Assembly: GCA_046707905.1 (NCBI GenBank) | Contig: JBKKDM010000126.1 | Span: 2,405-66,404, forward strand | Source: Candidatus Limnocylindrales bacterium | GTDB taxonomy: Bacteria > Chloroflexota > Limnocylindria > Limnocylindrales > CSP1-4 | Length of the DNA: 64,000 nt | Reading direction: 5' to 3' | Part shown: piece after piece, positions 9,297-18,708 of the stretch | Layout: the number at the start of each line of letters is the position of its first letter | How positions within the stretch are numbered: position 1 is the first letter of the stretch | Translations under genes and position numbers: made by a program | The notes under the pieces: model-generated | What the model saw: the letters and a program-made list of their open reading frames with translations, nothing else | What the model was told of the DNA's origin: nothing | The model's database searches: none

Positions 9297-9809
9297 GTGC
9301 CCGGTAGCTCCCCGCCGCCCGCACGCGTCGAGCCGGGGCCCGGCCAGGAGTCCGTCTGGGACTACCCGCGACCGCCGCGGGTCGAGCCGGTCCCGGAGCG
9401 AATCAGGGTCGTGATCGATGGCGTCGAGCTGGCGTCGTCGACGCGGGCCGTGCGGGTCCTCGAGACGGCCGGCCCGCCGGTCTACTACGTGCCGCCGGAG
9501 GACGTCCGTGTTGACCTCCTCGTCCCCAGCAAGCACACGTCGTTCTGCGAGTGGAAGGGCACGGCGAGCTACCGGACCGTCGTGACGCCGGGTGGGCGCG
9601 TCGCCCCGAATGCCGCCTGGACGTACATGGAGCCGTCACCGGGCTTCGAGTCGATCGCCGGCTACGTGGCGTTCTATGCCTGGGCCGTGGACGAGGCCTG
9701 GGTCGGCGACGAGCGGGCCGCGCCCCAGCCCGGCCACTTCTACGGCGGCTGGATCACCTCGAAGGTCGTCGGGCCGTTCAAGGGCGAGCCGGGAACGCAG
9801 GGGTGGTAG
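9297..9809 (+). CDS. DUF427 domain protein
   Basis: The C-terminal 150 aa of ORF 8802-9809 (VWDYPRPPRVEP...VYYVPPEDV...FCEWKGTASYRTV...YVAFYAW) match DUF427. The upstream part of the ORF overlaps gerW in another frame and is Arg/Ser/Pro junk. GTG 9297 is the first in-frame start after gerW. Confidence 0.75.
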   Translation: MPGSSPPPARVEPGPGQESVWDYPRPPRVEPVPERIRVVIDGVELASSTRAVRVLETAGPPVYYVPPEDVRVDLLVPSKHTSFCEWKGTASYRTVVTPGGRVAPNAAWTYMEPSPGFESIAGYVAFYAWAVDEAWVGDERAAPQPGHFYGGWITSKVVGPFKGEPGTQGW

Positions 9810-9857
9810 GCCCACGCCAGGGCGGCGCCCTGCGCCCAGGCGCGACGCGCCGCCGCG

Positions 9858-10166
9858 TCAGGCGCCCGCTCGCGGCGCAACCACGAGGTGTGTCGCGCCA
9901 CTGAGGTCGATGCGCACCCCGGTCGGCGTCTCGACGATCCGTAGGACCACATCCGCGCACGCCGGGCATCGGACCACCACGCCCGGCCCGCGCATGTAGA
10001 CCCGGAGCGTCCCGATGACGCTGACCGTGCCGCAATGGACACAGCGCTCCTCGAGCATCGTCACGTCGCGCTCGAAGACGGTCATCAGCAGCCCGGCGAT
10101 CGCGTTGGCGTCGACGGTCAACTCGACGGCGGGGTCGTCGCGCATCAGGGCGATTCGCTCTTCCAT
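9858..10166 (-). CDS. DUF6510-family small protein (Cys4 zinc-ribbon-like)
   Basis: 102 aa with CVHCG...CPAC. It lies last in the operon with the Mo enzyme and ferredoxin reductase, which is the usual context for this family. Confidence 0.65.
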   Translation of the reverse strand: MEERIALMRDDPAVELTVDANAIAGLLMTVFERDVTMLEERCVHCGTVSVIGTLRVYMRGPGVVVRCPACADVVLRIVETPTGVRIDLSGATHLVVAPRAGA

Positions 10167-10198
10167 CGGTCGGTCCTCGCTTCCGTGCCGGCTCGCGC

Positions 10199-10957
10199 CT
10201 AGGTGCCCGTTGGGCCGAATCGCTCGGTTCGAATGCGATCTGACGGCAGCCCGAGCCTGACGAGGCCATTCGCGACCGTCTCGACCAGCGCCGTCGGGCC
10301 GCAGGCGTAGGCGCGAGGCATCGCGTTCAGCGGCTCGACCACCTCGGCCAGCATCGCCTCGTCGATCCGGCGCGCAAAGCCGTTCCAGCCTGGGGGCTGC
10401 TGCCGCGTCAGGGTATGGACGACCTCGAATCCATCGCCGGCCGCCGCCAGCCGGTCGAGCGCCTCGCGGTAGATGATCTCGTCCGGTCCGCGCGAGCTGA
10501 ACAGCAGCCGCGTCGGGACCGACATCCCGGCCCGCGAGCGGTGCCGCGCCATGGCCATCAACGGCACCACCCCGGAGCCGCCTGCGACGAGCATCAGCGG
10601 CCCACCGAGGGACGCCTCCCAGACGAAGTAGCCGCCGATCGGGCCGCGGACCTCGAGGCGGTCGCCCGCCACGACGGCCTCGTGCAGGAACGGGGAGACC
10701 TCGCCGCCCGGGATGCGCTCGACCGTGATATCCACCTCGCCGGTCCGTTCCGGCTCGGAGGCAATGGAGTACGACCGCTCGACGCTGTAGCCGTCCTCGG
10801 CGGTCAGTCGCAGGTCGACGTGCTGGCCGGCACGATGCCCCGCCCAGCCTGGCAACCCGAGCGTGAACGTCCGAACCGACGGCGTCTCATCGCGGACTGC
10901 CGCGACCATCGCCAGCTGCCAGCGGATCGACGGCGCCGCGGTGGCCTGCTCAGTCAC
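10199..10957 (-). CDS. Ferredoxin-NADP reductase-type FAD/NAD(P)-binding oxidoreductase
   Basis: It has the FAD-binding motif RSYSIAS and the NAD-binding motif LVAGGSGVVPLMAM. GTG 10957 overlaps the upstream stop by 8 nt (GTGACTGA). The ORF extension up to 11053 overlaps the upstream gene. Confidence 0.85.
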   Translation of the reverse strand: MTEQATAAPSIRWQLAMVAAVRDETPSVRTFTLGLPGWAGHRAGQHVDLRLTAEDGYSVERSYSIASEPERTGEVDITVERIPGGEVSPFLHEAVVAGDRLEVRGPIGGYFVWEASLGGPLMLVAGGSGVVPLMAMARHRSRAGMSVPTRLLFSSRGPDEIIYREALDRLAAAGDGFEVVHTLTRQQPPGWNGFARRIDEAMLAEVVEPLNAMPRAYACGPTALVETVANGLVRLGLPSDRIRTERFGPTGT

Positions 10958-11597
10958 CGCCGTACCGCTCCTCGAGCCATTGGTCGCCGCGGCTGTGATA
11001 GCCGAGCGACTCCCAGAAGCCCGGCTCGTCGCGATCCTGGACGCGCAGTCCACGGATCCATTTGGCGCTCTTCCAGAAGTAGCGCGTCGGCACGACCAGC
11101 CGCGCCGGGCCGCCGTGCTCCGGCGCGAGCGGCTTGCCGTCGTATTCGTAGGCCACGAAGGCCTGGTTGTTCAGCACGTCGCCGAGCGGCAGGTTCGTCG
11201 TGTAGCCGCCATCGCACGTCGCGATCACGAAGGCGGCCCGCTGGACCAGCTCCACGCCCTCCAGCAGCGTGTCGACGCTCACCCCCGTCCAGCGCATGTC
11301 GAGATGGGTCCACTTCGTCACGCAGCTGATGTCGACGACGTACTCACGGCTCGGGAGCGCGAGGAACTCCTCCCACGACCACTCCACGGGTCGATCGACC
11401 AGGCCCTCGAGGCGCAGCGACCAGCGATCGAGCGCCGTTCGCGGGGTCGGGCCGGCGGACAGGACCGGGAAGTCCGGCGTGAGGTACTGCCCGGGCGGCG
11501 TTCGGCGACGGCGCTCGTCCCCGGAGATGCCCGCCGTCTCCGGCGCGTCGTCGCGACGACCGACGAAGCCCCGAGTGATGAAGCGCTCCTCGCCCAT
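10950..11597 (-). CDS. Sulfite-oxidase-like molybdopterin oxidoreductase (YedY/MsrP-like catalytic domain)
   Basis: The translation FPVLSAGPTP...WSWEEFLALP...DISCVTKWTHLDMRWTGVS...FVAYEYDGKPLAPEHGGPARLVVPTRYFWKSAKWIRGL is characteristic of the Oxidored_molyb domain. ATG 11597 (MGEERF) is preferred over the ORF-track start 11675. Confidence 0.85.
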   Translation of the reverse strand: MGEERFITRGFVGRRDDAPETAGISGDERRRRTPPGQYLTPDFPVLSAGPTPRTALDRWSLRLEGLVDRPVEWSWEEFLALPSREYVVDISCVTKWTHLDMRWTGVSVDTLLEGVELVQRAAFVIATCDGGYTTNLPLGDVLNNQAFVAYEYDGKPLAPEHGGPARLVVPTRYFWKSAKWIRGLRVQDRDEPGFWESLGYHSRGDQWLEERYGGD

Positions 11598-11748
11598 CTC
11601 CACCTCCGAACCATGTGCCCGGCCGGATTGTGGCACCGCGCGAATGACCGAAATGTGACCGAAAGGGTCCCGCAACCCGAGGGGCCGTCCTGCAACCGCG
11701 AGGTCGCCGCCGCGCTGCGAGGCTGGACGCGAACCAGGAGGTCACCCC

Positions 11749-12006
11749 ATGACGACCATGACCGAGAAGGACCGCGACAAGCTCCGTTCGAACCAGTTCG
11801 CGTACGTCGACAAGGACGGCGGCGAGCATCTGCCGATCCACGACGAATCCCACATCCGGAACGCCATGGCGCGTTGGAACCAGACCGAGTTCCAGAGCGC
11901 GACGGCCAAGGAAGAGGCTCGACGGAAGATCGTCGGTGCCGCGAAACGCCACGGCATCGAGGTCGCCGACGACTCGAACGTGGCCAAGCCGTCCCGCAAG
12001 TCGTGA
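11749..12006 (+). CDS. DUF6582-like small protein
   Basis: 85 aa. The motif FAYVDKDGGEHLPIHDESHIRNAMARWNQTEF matches the DUF6582 family as remembered. Confidence 0.6.
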   Translation: MTTMTEKDRDKLRSNQFAYVDKDGGEHLPIHDESHIRNAMARWNQTEFQSATAKEEARRKIVGAAKRHGIEVADDSNVAKPSRKS

Positions 12007-12016
12007 CACGGCGCGC

Positions 12017-12499
12017 ATGCCGCTGATCCGCGACGCATTCCGCGGCGCCCTCGCGGGCGCCGCCGCTACCTGGGCGATGGACCAGGTCACGACCGTGATG
12101 CTGTCCCTCCAGGCGCCCGAAGTGACGGCGCAGGAGGAGGCCGCGCGGCTGAACGGCAAGAGCTCCGTGACGAACCTCGTCGACAAGGTCGAGGCCCAGA
12201 CGGGGCTGGTCGTTCCGCCGAAGCGGCGGCCCCTCGTCGAGCAGGTCGTGCACTACGCACTGGGCGCCGTGCCCGGCGCGATCTACGGCGTCGCCCGGCA
12301 CGTTCCGTTCGTGCGGGGCGGCAACGGCCTGCTCTTCGGCCTCGGCCTCTTCGCGGCCAATGACGAGTTCCTGAACACCAAGCTGGGGCTTGCGTCGCAT
12401 CCCCGGGCGTACCCGCCGGAGACCCACATCCGCGGGCTCGCCGGCCACGCCGTGCTGGGCGTCGCGACGGAGACCGGGATCCAGCTCCTCGGCGGCTAG
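12017..12499 (+). CDS. Hypothetical membrane protein (DUF1440-like)
   Basis: ATG 12017 is in frame with ORF 11936-12499. About 160 aa with several Gly/Ala-rich hydrophobic segments. The family call is weak. Confidence 0.5.
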   Translation: MPLIRDAFRGALAGAAATWAMDQVTTVMLSLQAPEVTAQEEAARLNGKSSVTNLVDKVEAQTGLVVPPKRRPLVEQVVHYALGAVPGAIYGVARHVPFVRGGNGLLFGLGLFAANDEFLNTKLGLASHPRAYPPETHIRGLAGHAVLGVATETGIQLLGG

Positions 12500-14748
12500 T
12501 CGAGCCCCACGGCGATTCGCGCGGCTCGCACGAGCCGCCCCGGCGCCCGCCGGAACACCGCCCGTTCGACCTGCTCGAGCCACGGGGTCGGCGTGCCCTT
12601 CGCGTTCGAGGGCGGCCCGGCCGGCGCGATCACCAGCGTCCCGTTCTTCCGAAGGACTTTGTGGCTCGCGCTCCCGTCCGCGTTCCGCGTGAAGCGCAGG
12701 TCGACGATCGCTCGCCCTACCCGAAGGTTGCGGAGCGTGACCTCGGGGATCCATCGCGGCAGCCGGGGCCGGATCACGGCCAGGGTGTGGAGCGACGCGA
12801 ACGGATACAGCCCGAGCAGGAGCTGGAGCGTCTGGACCACCGACGACGCGGACCAGGCCTGCGGCGAGCAGGCGTTCGGGTAGGGCGTGGGCCCGACCCC
12901 GGGCTCGCGCCGGTGGCCCGTGATCGCCTCCGGCAACCGCCCATCCGGCGATGCCGCTGCGGCTTCGAGCAGGCCGCTCGCGAGCCGCTCGAGATGATCG
13001 TCGAGCCCGTAGCGCTTCAACCCCAGCGCGAACGTGGCGCTCTCGACCGGCCAGACAGCGCCCAGGTGGTAGGCGAGCGGGTTGTACGACGGGTGGTCCT
13101 GCGAGAGCGTCCGCACGCCCCAGCCGCTGAATAGCTCCGACGAGAGGAGCCGGTCAGCCACCAGGCGCGCGTGCTCCTGCGGAACCAGGCCTGCCGCCAG
13201 CGCGTGGCCCGGGTTCGACGTGATCGACGCCACCTGCCGGCCATCGGCGTCGAGGGCCAGCGCGTAGTAGCCCTCGCGGGGAATCCAGAATGCCTCGTGC
13301 CAGCGGGTGCGGAGCGCCGCCGCACGATCGAGCAACGCGTCGGCCGCGCCGTCGTCGCCAAGCACGATCAGGATCTCGGCAAGCCGCTGGAGCGCGAGGT
13401 GGTGGAAGGCCTGTTCCTCGACAGTGGCCATCGGCGCACCGGCCAGACGGCCGTCCGCGTGGCGGATCGCCTCGTCGGAATCCTTCCAGCCCTGGTTCGC
13501 GAGCCCGCCAGGGGAGCGCTGGAGATAGGTGACGAAGCCGCGCTCGTCCATCGTGCTTTCCGCCCACTCGATCGCGCGGAGGGCGGCCTCGCGGAAACGC
13601 CGCAGCACGCGGTCGTCACCGGTCCAGTGCCACAGCTCGCTGAGCACGATGACGAACATCGCCGGTGTCGTCTGGCTGCCGTAGTACGCGTCGCGCGGGC
13701 TGATCCCGAGCATCGCAAGCGGGCCCCGGCGGAGCTCGTGGAGCATCTTGCCGGGCTCCGCGTCGCGCCACGGATCGTCCTGGGTCGCCTGGGTGGCCGC
13801 GGCGACCTCGAGGGCCCCGCGGAGCGCGGCCGGCCCGGCCATCGCCGCCTGCCAGCCCGCCGTGAGCGCGTCCCGCCCGAAGAAGCCGGTGAAGGTCGGG
13901 ACCCCGGCGTTGACGATCCAGCCCGGCCGTCGAGATCCGGATGGGCCCACGAGCAGGTCGGCCTCGAGGTCCTGGTTCCGCAGGGCGAACAGGTCGTCCA
14001 GCGAGCGCTCGATCGGCAGGCGGAGGCGCTCAGCGCCCTCAACGCGCAACCGCGAGATCCGCCAGGCCGCCCGCTGCCGGGCCCGCGTGCTCACGATCGC
14101 GTCGTCCTCGGGCAGGTCCGGCGAGCGCCAGCGGCCATCGACCCGGGAGCTGACCCGCACCCGAACCTGGAGCGAGCCCCGGGCCGCGAGCCGCGCGCGC
14201 ATGTCCATGCCCGCATCCGAGGCGTTGACGTCAAGCGAGTTGCCCTCGGCCGCGGCCCCCGTGCCCCGGCCCGGGAGGACCCGGACGCGAACGCCGCGCT
14301 GGAAGCGCTTGCCGTCCCGGCGCGCCTCGTAGCGCAGCTCCAGCGAGCGAGGTCCCTCGCGGGCCGTGATCTCGCCCTTCTGGCGGCGCTCGGAGCCGAC
14401 CTCCGCGATGTCGGCGAAGTCCGCATCGACCTCGAGGCGGAGCCGGCCGTGCCAAGGGACCGCGGAGCGGTTGTGGATGGTCCAGCGGTCGAGCAGCCCG
14501 CCACCGATCCGTCGCTCGAGCTCCAGGTCGAGGGCATCCTCGGGCAGCACCGGCCCGTCCGCGTGGCCGCCCTCGATGGGGACGCGGAATCGGGCGACGA
14601 GCGTGTCTGCCTCGGGCGTGGCAGCCGAGAGCAGCACGGGCGGTCGATCGTCGACGGTCAGCCGGAAGCGCGAGAGCACCCGCGTGTCGTAGTCGTACAG
14701 GCCGGCCGGGTCGGCCTCGATCGAACCGTCGGGGCCTGCGGACAGCAC
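12496..14748 (-). CDS. Glycogen-debranching-enzyme-like protein (GDE N-terminal domain plus amylo-alpha-1,6-glucosidase (alpha/alpha)6 domain)
   Basis: 750 aa. The N-terminus YDYDTRVLSRFRLTVDDRPP and the C-terminal barrel (FFGRDALT..., YYGSQTTPAMFV..., GWKDSDEAI..., GWGVRTLS...YNPLAYHLGAVWP) are typical of this family. Confidence 0.8.
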   Translation of the reverse strand: MLSAGPDGSIEADPAGLYDYDTRVLSRFRLTVDDRPPVLLSAATPEADTLVARFRVPIEGGHADGPVLPEDALDLELERRIGGGLLDRWTIHNRSAVPWHGRLRLEVDADFADIAEVGSERRQKGEITAREGPRSLELRYEARRDGKRFQRGVRVRVLPGRGTGAAAEGNSLDVNASDAGMDMRARLAARGSLQVRVRVSSRVDGRWRSPDLPEDDAIVSTRARQRAAWRISRLRVEGAERLRLPIERSLDDLFALRNQDLEADLLVGPSGSRRPGWIVNAGVPTFTGFFGRDALTAGWQAAMAGPAALRGALEVAAATQATQDDPWRDAEPGKMLHELRRGPLAMLGISPRDAYYGSQTTPAMFVIVLSELWHWTGDDRVLRRFREAALRAIEWAESTMDERGFVTYLQRSPGGLANQGWKDSDEAIRHADGRLAGAPMATVEEQAFHHLALQRLAEILIVLGDDGAADALLDRAAALRTRWHEAFWIPREGYYALALDADGRQVASITSNPGHALAAGLVPQEHARLVADRLLSSELFSGWGVRTLSQDHPSYNPLAYHLGAVWPVESATFALGLKRYGLDDHLERLASGLLEAAAASPDGRLPEAITGHRREPGVGPTPYPNACSPQAWSASSVVQTLQLLLGLYPFASLHTLAVIRPRLPRWIPEVTLRNLRVGRAIVDLRFTRNADGSASHKVLRKNGTLVIAPAGPPSNAKGTPTPWLEQVERAVFRRAPGRLVRAARIAVGLD

Positions 14749-15055
14749 GGTATAGCCGGCGTGCAGGACGAGCGCGGATGATGTCAGGACTTGCGGCGAT
14801 CCAATCCCACCGCCGGTCCCCTTCAGCCGGGCCAGGGGGCTACCAGGCTCCGAGGGGCTTGATCCGAGTGTTCATGCCGCGGCCTCCAAGTGCACGTCGG
14901 GACGTTCCAATCCTCGCAGAGACGCCCCACAGGCGCGCGAATGCCCTGCAGCGAAGCCGGATCCGCGGCGCAGGATTCCCCCTTGCCGTGGCGGCGCAAG
15001 GTCTCTTCGGCGCCCCGATCGTTGCAGGAGCGGGACCTGACCACCCAGCCTGCCG

Positions 15056-17155
15056 CTACGCAGCCCGGCGTCGCCGCTTCGAAAGCACGATCTGCGCGCG
15101 CTCCGCGCCATGTCGGGCGATAAGCCGCGCCGGCTGCCCGCGGACTGAGAGGCGCTCGACCTCGATGCTGCGCCATCCGGCCGGCAGGATCACCGGTCGG
15201 CTCGGCCATGTCTCGGGTTCCCCAGGCCCGATCGAAAGCGCCGGCAGGCCGGTCAGCAACCCCATCAGGTACCCGCTGAGGTTGGCGAAGAACGGACCTG
15301 CCTTGGGCTTGTCCGGCTCGTTCGCCGGGAGCTGCTCGAGGGTCTGCATGAACCGGCCGGTCACGAGGTCGGCGTAGCCCTGCTCGAACAGCCGAGCCGA
15401 TGCCCGGCGGTTCCCTGCCCACGCGGCCCAGACCCCGTACAAAGGCGAGAGCATCGGGCTGCCGATGTAGCCGGGCGCCAGCGCGAGGTAGTACTCGATT
15501 GTCGCCCGCTCCGTCTTCGGGTCCAGCTCGAACCCGAACGGAAACAGCCCGAACAGCGGGCCCGGCGTCGAGCCCTTCTCCTCGCGGGGGTTGAACCCGT
15601 CATGGCTCATCACCGCCCCGAAGTCGCGGCTCAACGGGAATTCCAGGCCGGAGAGGAGCCGGGGCCAGGCAGAGGGCACGTCGTGGCCGAGTCGCTCCGC
15701 GCAGGCGATGGCCTCGCCGAGCACCCGCTTCGCACCCATGATCGTGAACGCCTCGTTGTCCGAGGCCAGCTTGCGCTCGGCGATGCCCATCGTCTGGCGC
15801 CACGTGAAGCCGGTTCGCGTCGGTGTGACACGGCTGGCGATCCACTCGGCGACGTCGTACAGCACTGGGGCAACCTGTTCCACGAGGAACCGACGATCGC
15901 CTGTGGCGTGGGCGTACTGGGTGAAGGCCCAGGCGATGTCGAGCGTCACGTGGTCCTCGTGCCAGGAAGCCCGACCAGCGCCCGGCGCGACCTCCTCGCC
16001 ACGGAGCGGTCCGCTCTCCCATGGGAACTGGAGGCCCCGGCGCCCGTGGAGCTTGGCGTTGCCGCGAGCGGCCCGCAGCGTCTGGGTCCGGAACTCCAGG
16101 AGGGTGTACGCGGCATCTGGCTGGACCAGCGACAGCACCGGTACGGAGAAGGCCTCGATGTCCCACATGACGTGGCCGTAGTAGTAGTGGTAGTCGTGCC
16201 AGGTCGCCAGCCCGAAGATCGAGGTGCTCGACGGCGCAGAGGGATGGACGGAGCTGTTCAGGTAGAAGAACGCCGCATCGGCAAGCTGCTGCCATCGGTC
16301 GTCATCGGCATCGATCAAGATCCGCGACTCCCACAGGTCGTCCCAGGCGGCCTGGTTCTGCCGCCGGAGCTCGTCGAAGCCCTCACTTGCCGCGCGTCCG
16401 GCTAGCCGCGTCGCCTCCCGGTCGGGATCGTGATGCAGCACATCCGGGACGATGCTGGCGATCTGCCGCAGGCGATAGCTTCGGCCGGGACGCGCTCGAA
16501 TGGTGTAATCGGTGAGGAGCGGCTGGTCGACCCCCCAGTCCGGCGTGCTTCGCTCGGCAGCCTCGTCGCCGCGGAGCTCCGTGGCGTAGGCGATGCCACA
16601 GCGCCCCAGCGCTCCCAGGGACTCCCAGGCCAGCGAGCCATCGGTGTAGTCCTCCCCTGCTCGCCCGGGAATCGACCGATCGCGTCGCGCGATGCGACCC
16701 GCAACCCCGGCGAGGTCGATCATCGATCGAAGCGTCAGGTCGCAGGCGCCGCTGACCTCGACGGACACCTCCTGGGCCACGATCGTGGGCTGCTTCCGGC
16801 TGCAGAAGGTCAGCACCTCGACCTCCGCGGTTGCGCCCGCGGCGGTGAACGTGAAGCGGGTCGTCAGCTCGCCGTTCGAGAAGTCGTAGCGCTGGTCGAC
16901 GAACGACGCTTGATGGGGCGCGAGTCGCAGCCAAGATCCGTTCAACGCCAGGTCGCCGGCGACGGCGTATGGGGCCGCGGCAGCGGCCTCGACCTGGACG
17001 CTCGGGTCGAGGCCGGCGAAGCCATTGACGAGCATGATCCCGGGCAGCAGGGGCACATCCACGACCCGCAGGCCGATGATGCCGTTGGAGACATAGGCCG
17101 GGAGCTCATCCATGGCGCTGATCGTCACGGGATCAGGGCTGATCGGACGGGACAT
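15056..17155 (-). CDS. Glycoside hydrolase family 65 protein (disaccharide phosphorylase/hydrolase-like)
   Basis: The central block YYYGHVMWDIEAFSVPVL...LEFRTQTLRAARGNAKLHGRRGLQFPWESG resembles the GH65 catalytic domain. ATG 17155 (MSRPISPDP) is preferred over 17269. Confidence 0.75.
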   Translation of the reverse strand: MSRPISPDPVTISAMDELPAYVSNGIIGLRVVDVPLLPGIMLVNGFAGLDPSVQVEAAAAAPYAVAGDLALNGSWLRLAPHQASFVDQRYDFSNGELTTRFTFTAAGATAEVEVLTFCSRKQPTIVAQEVSVEVSGACDLTLRSMIDLAGVAGRIARRDRSIPGRAGEDYTDGSLAWESLGALGRCGIAYATELRGDEAAERSTPDWGVDQPLLTDYTIRARPGRSYRLRQIASIVPDVLHHDPDREATRLAGRAASEGFDELRRQNQAAWDDLWESRILIDADDDRWQQLADAAFFYLNSSVHPSAPSSTSIFGLATWHDYHYYYGHVMWDIEAFSVPVLSLVQPDAAYTLLEFRTQTLRAARGNAKLHGRRGLQFPWESGPLRGEEVAPGAGRASWHEDHVTLDIAWAFTQYAHATGDRRFLVEQVAPVLYDVAEWIASRVTPTRTGFTWRQTMGIAERKLASDNEAFTIMGAKRVLGEAIACAERLGHDVPSAWPRLLSGLEFPLSRDFGAVMSHDGFNPREEKGSTPGPLFGLFPFGFELDPKTERATIEYYLALAPGYIGSPMLSPLYGVWAAWAGNRRASARLFEQGYADLVTGRFMQTLEQLPANEPDKPKAGPFFANLSGYLMGLLTGLPALSIGPGEPETWPSRPVILPAGWRSIEVERLSVRGQPARLIARHGAERAQIVLSKRRRRAA

Positions 17156-17434
17156 GCCGTCAGCGTGATGGCCGGGAGGTACCAGCCGGATCGTGCCGAA
17201 TCGCGCGGGCGTTGAGCCGGCCTCACAAGGCGAGGCGGAGCCCCGCCGGCACGACGGCGGGGCTCCCATGGATTTCTACGCGCCGAAGACCCGGGCGGAT
17301 GTGCGCGTCCGAAATTTCCTGTGCCGACAGCCCTAACGCAGCCCCGTAGACTTCGCTATTCCCCTTGCAAGCCCCGAGGCTGCGATGTCGTTCCCCCGGC
17401 GACACTCGCTCCCCGGGGCTGCTCTTTGCCCCGG

Positions 17435-18673
17435 TCAGGCAGGGGCGGGGAGGACGCTCGCCGGCCTCGCCCGCCGCAGCGCCAGGATCACGATCCCCGC
17501 GGCAACGGCCATCCAGCCCGCAGTGACGTACGCGAGCGTGTACGTCCCGGAGCTGTCGCGGATGATCGCCGCGACCTGGGCCAGGATGGCCGCACCGAGC
17601 ATGTGCGCCGCGTAGACCCAGCCGTAGACGATCCCGACGTTGTTCCGGCCGAACACGTCGGCCACGAGGGCAACGGTAGGCGGCACGGTGGCGATGTAGT
17701 CGAGCCCGAAGAGCACGCTGAAGATCACCATGTCGGTCGAGCTGTGGAGCGCCGGCAGGAAGAGCAGGCTGATGCCGCGGAAGACGTAGTACGTCAGGAG
17801 CAGCTTCCGGGGATCGAAGCGATCGGTCAGGTAGCCCGACACGATCGTCCCGGTGAAGTTGAAGATGCCCATCAACGCGAGCGCGCCCGCCGCCGCGCCC
17901 TGGGTGAAGCCGTGGTCGACCGCGTGGGCGATGAAGTGCTGCCCGACCACGCCGTTCGATGTCGCGCCGCAGACGAAAAAGGTCCCGGCGAGGAGCCAGA
18001 ACTCCGGCCGGCGCACCGCCCGTCGGAGGATGCCGGGATCCGACCGCGGCGCGAGGCTCGGCGCGTCGGGCGCCTGTCCGAGCGCCCGCGCCCCGACGGA
18101 CTCCGGGCGCTCGCGGAGGAAGACGAGCGCCGGAATGATCGTCAGCGCGACGAGTCCGCCGAGCACGACCGCCGCGAGGCGCCAGCCCTGGCCCGTCCCG
18201 AGGCCCGACAGGAACGGGATGAACAGCAACTGGCCGGCGCTCGCCGCCGCACCGAACACGCCGATCACGAGCCCCCGGCGCCGCACGAACCACCGCGTCG
18301 CCACGATGGGCCCGAGGGAGCTCGAGACGAGGCCAGCGCCGAACCCGCTGACGACCCCGAACAGCAGCACGAGCTGCCAGACCTCGGTCGCCAGCCCTGA
18401 GGCGGCCATCCCGGCCGCTGTGAGCGCAAGGGCAGCGATCGTCGTTCGCCGTACGCCGAAGCGATCGATGAGCCAGCCCGAGACCGGCCCGCCCAGCCCG
18501 AGCAGCAGCAGCCCGGCAGCGCCCGCGAACGTGATCTGTCCCACGGTCCAGCCCGTGTCCGACTGGATGGGCAGGAGGAGCGCGCCGGGCGCTGCACGCG
18601 TCCCCGCGCCGATGAGGATGACCGCGAACGCGACGGCCACCATGACCCAGCCATAGAACAGCCGCCCGCGCAT
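17435..18673 (-). CDS. MFS transporter
   Basis: From ATG 18673 (MRGRLFYGWVMVAVAF...) there are about 12 TM segments and the loop motif GWLIDRFGVRR. The 220 codons upstream in the ORF track are Arg-rich junk. Confidence 0.85.
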   Translation of the reverse strand: MRGRLFYGWVMVAVAFAVILIGAGTRAAPGALLLPIQSDTGWTVGQITFAGAAGLLLLGLGGPVSGWLIDRFGVRRTTIAALALTAAGMAASGLATEVWQLVLLFGVVSGFGAGLVSSSLGPIVATRWFVRRRGLVIGVFGAAASAGQLLFIPFLSGLGTGQGWRLAAVVLGGLVALTIIPALVFLRERPESVGARALGQAPDAPSLAPRSDPGILRRAVRRPEFWLLAGTFFVCGATSNGVVGQHFIAHAVDHGFTQGAAAGALALMGIFNFTGTIVSGYLTDRFDPRKLLLTYYVFRGISLLFLPALHSSTDMVIFSVLFGLDYIATVPPTVALVADVFGRNNVGIVYGWVYAAHMLGAAILAQVAAIIRDSSGTYTLAYVTAGWMAVAAGIVILALRRARPASVLPAPA

Positions 18674-18708
18674 CGGCGCGAGTCTAGACGGGCTCGGCGT
18701 TCGCTCGA

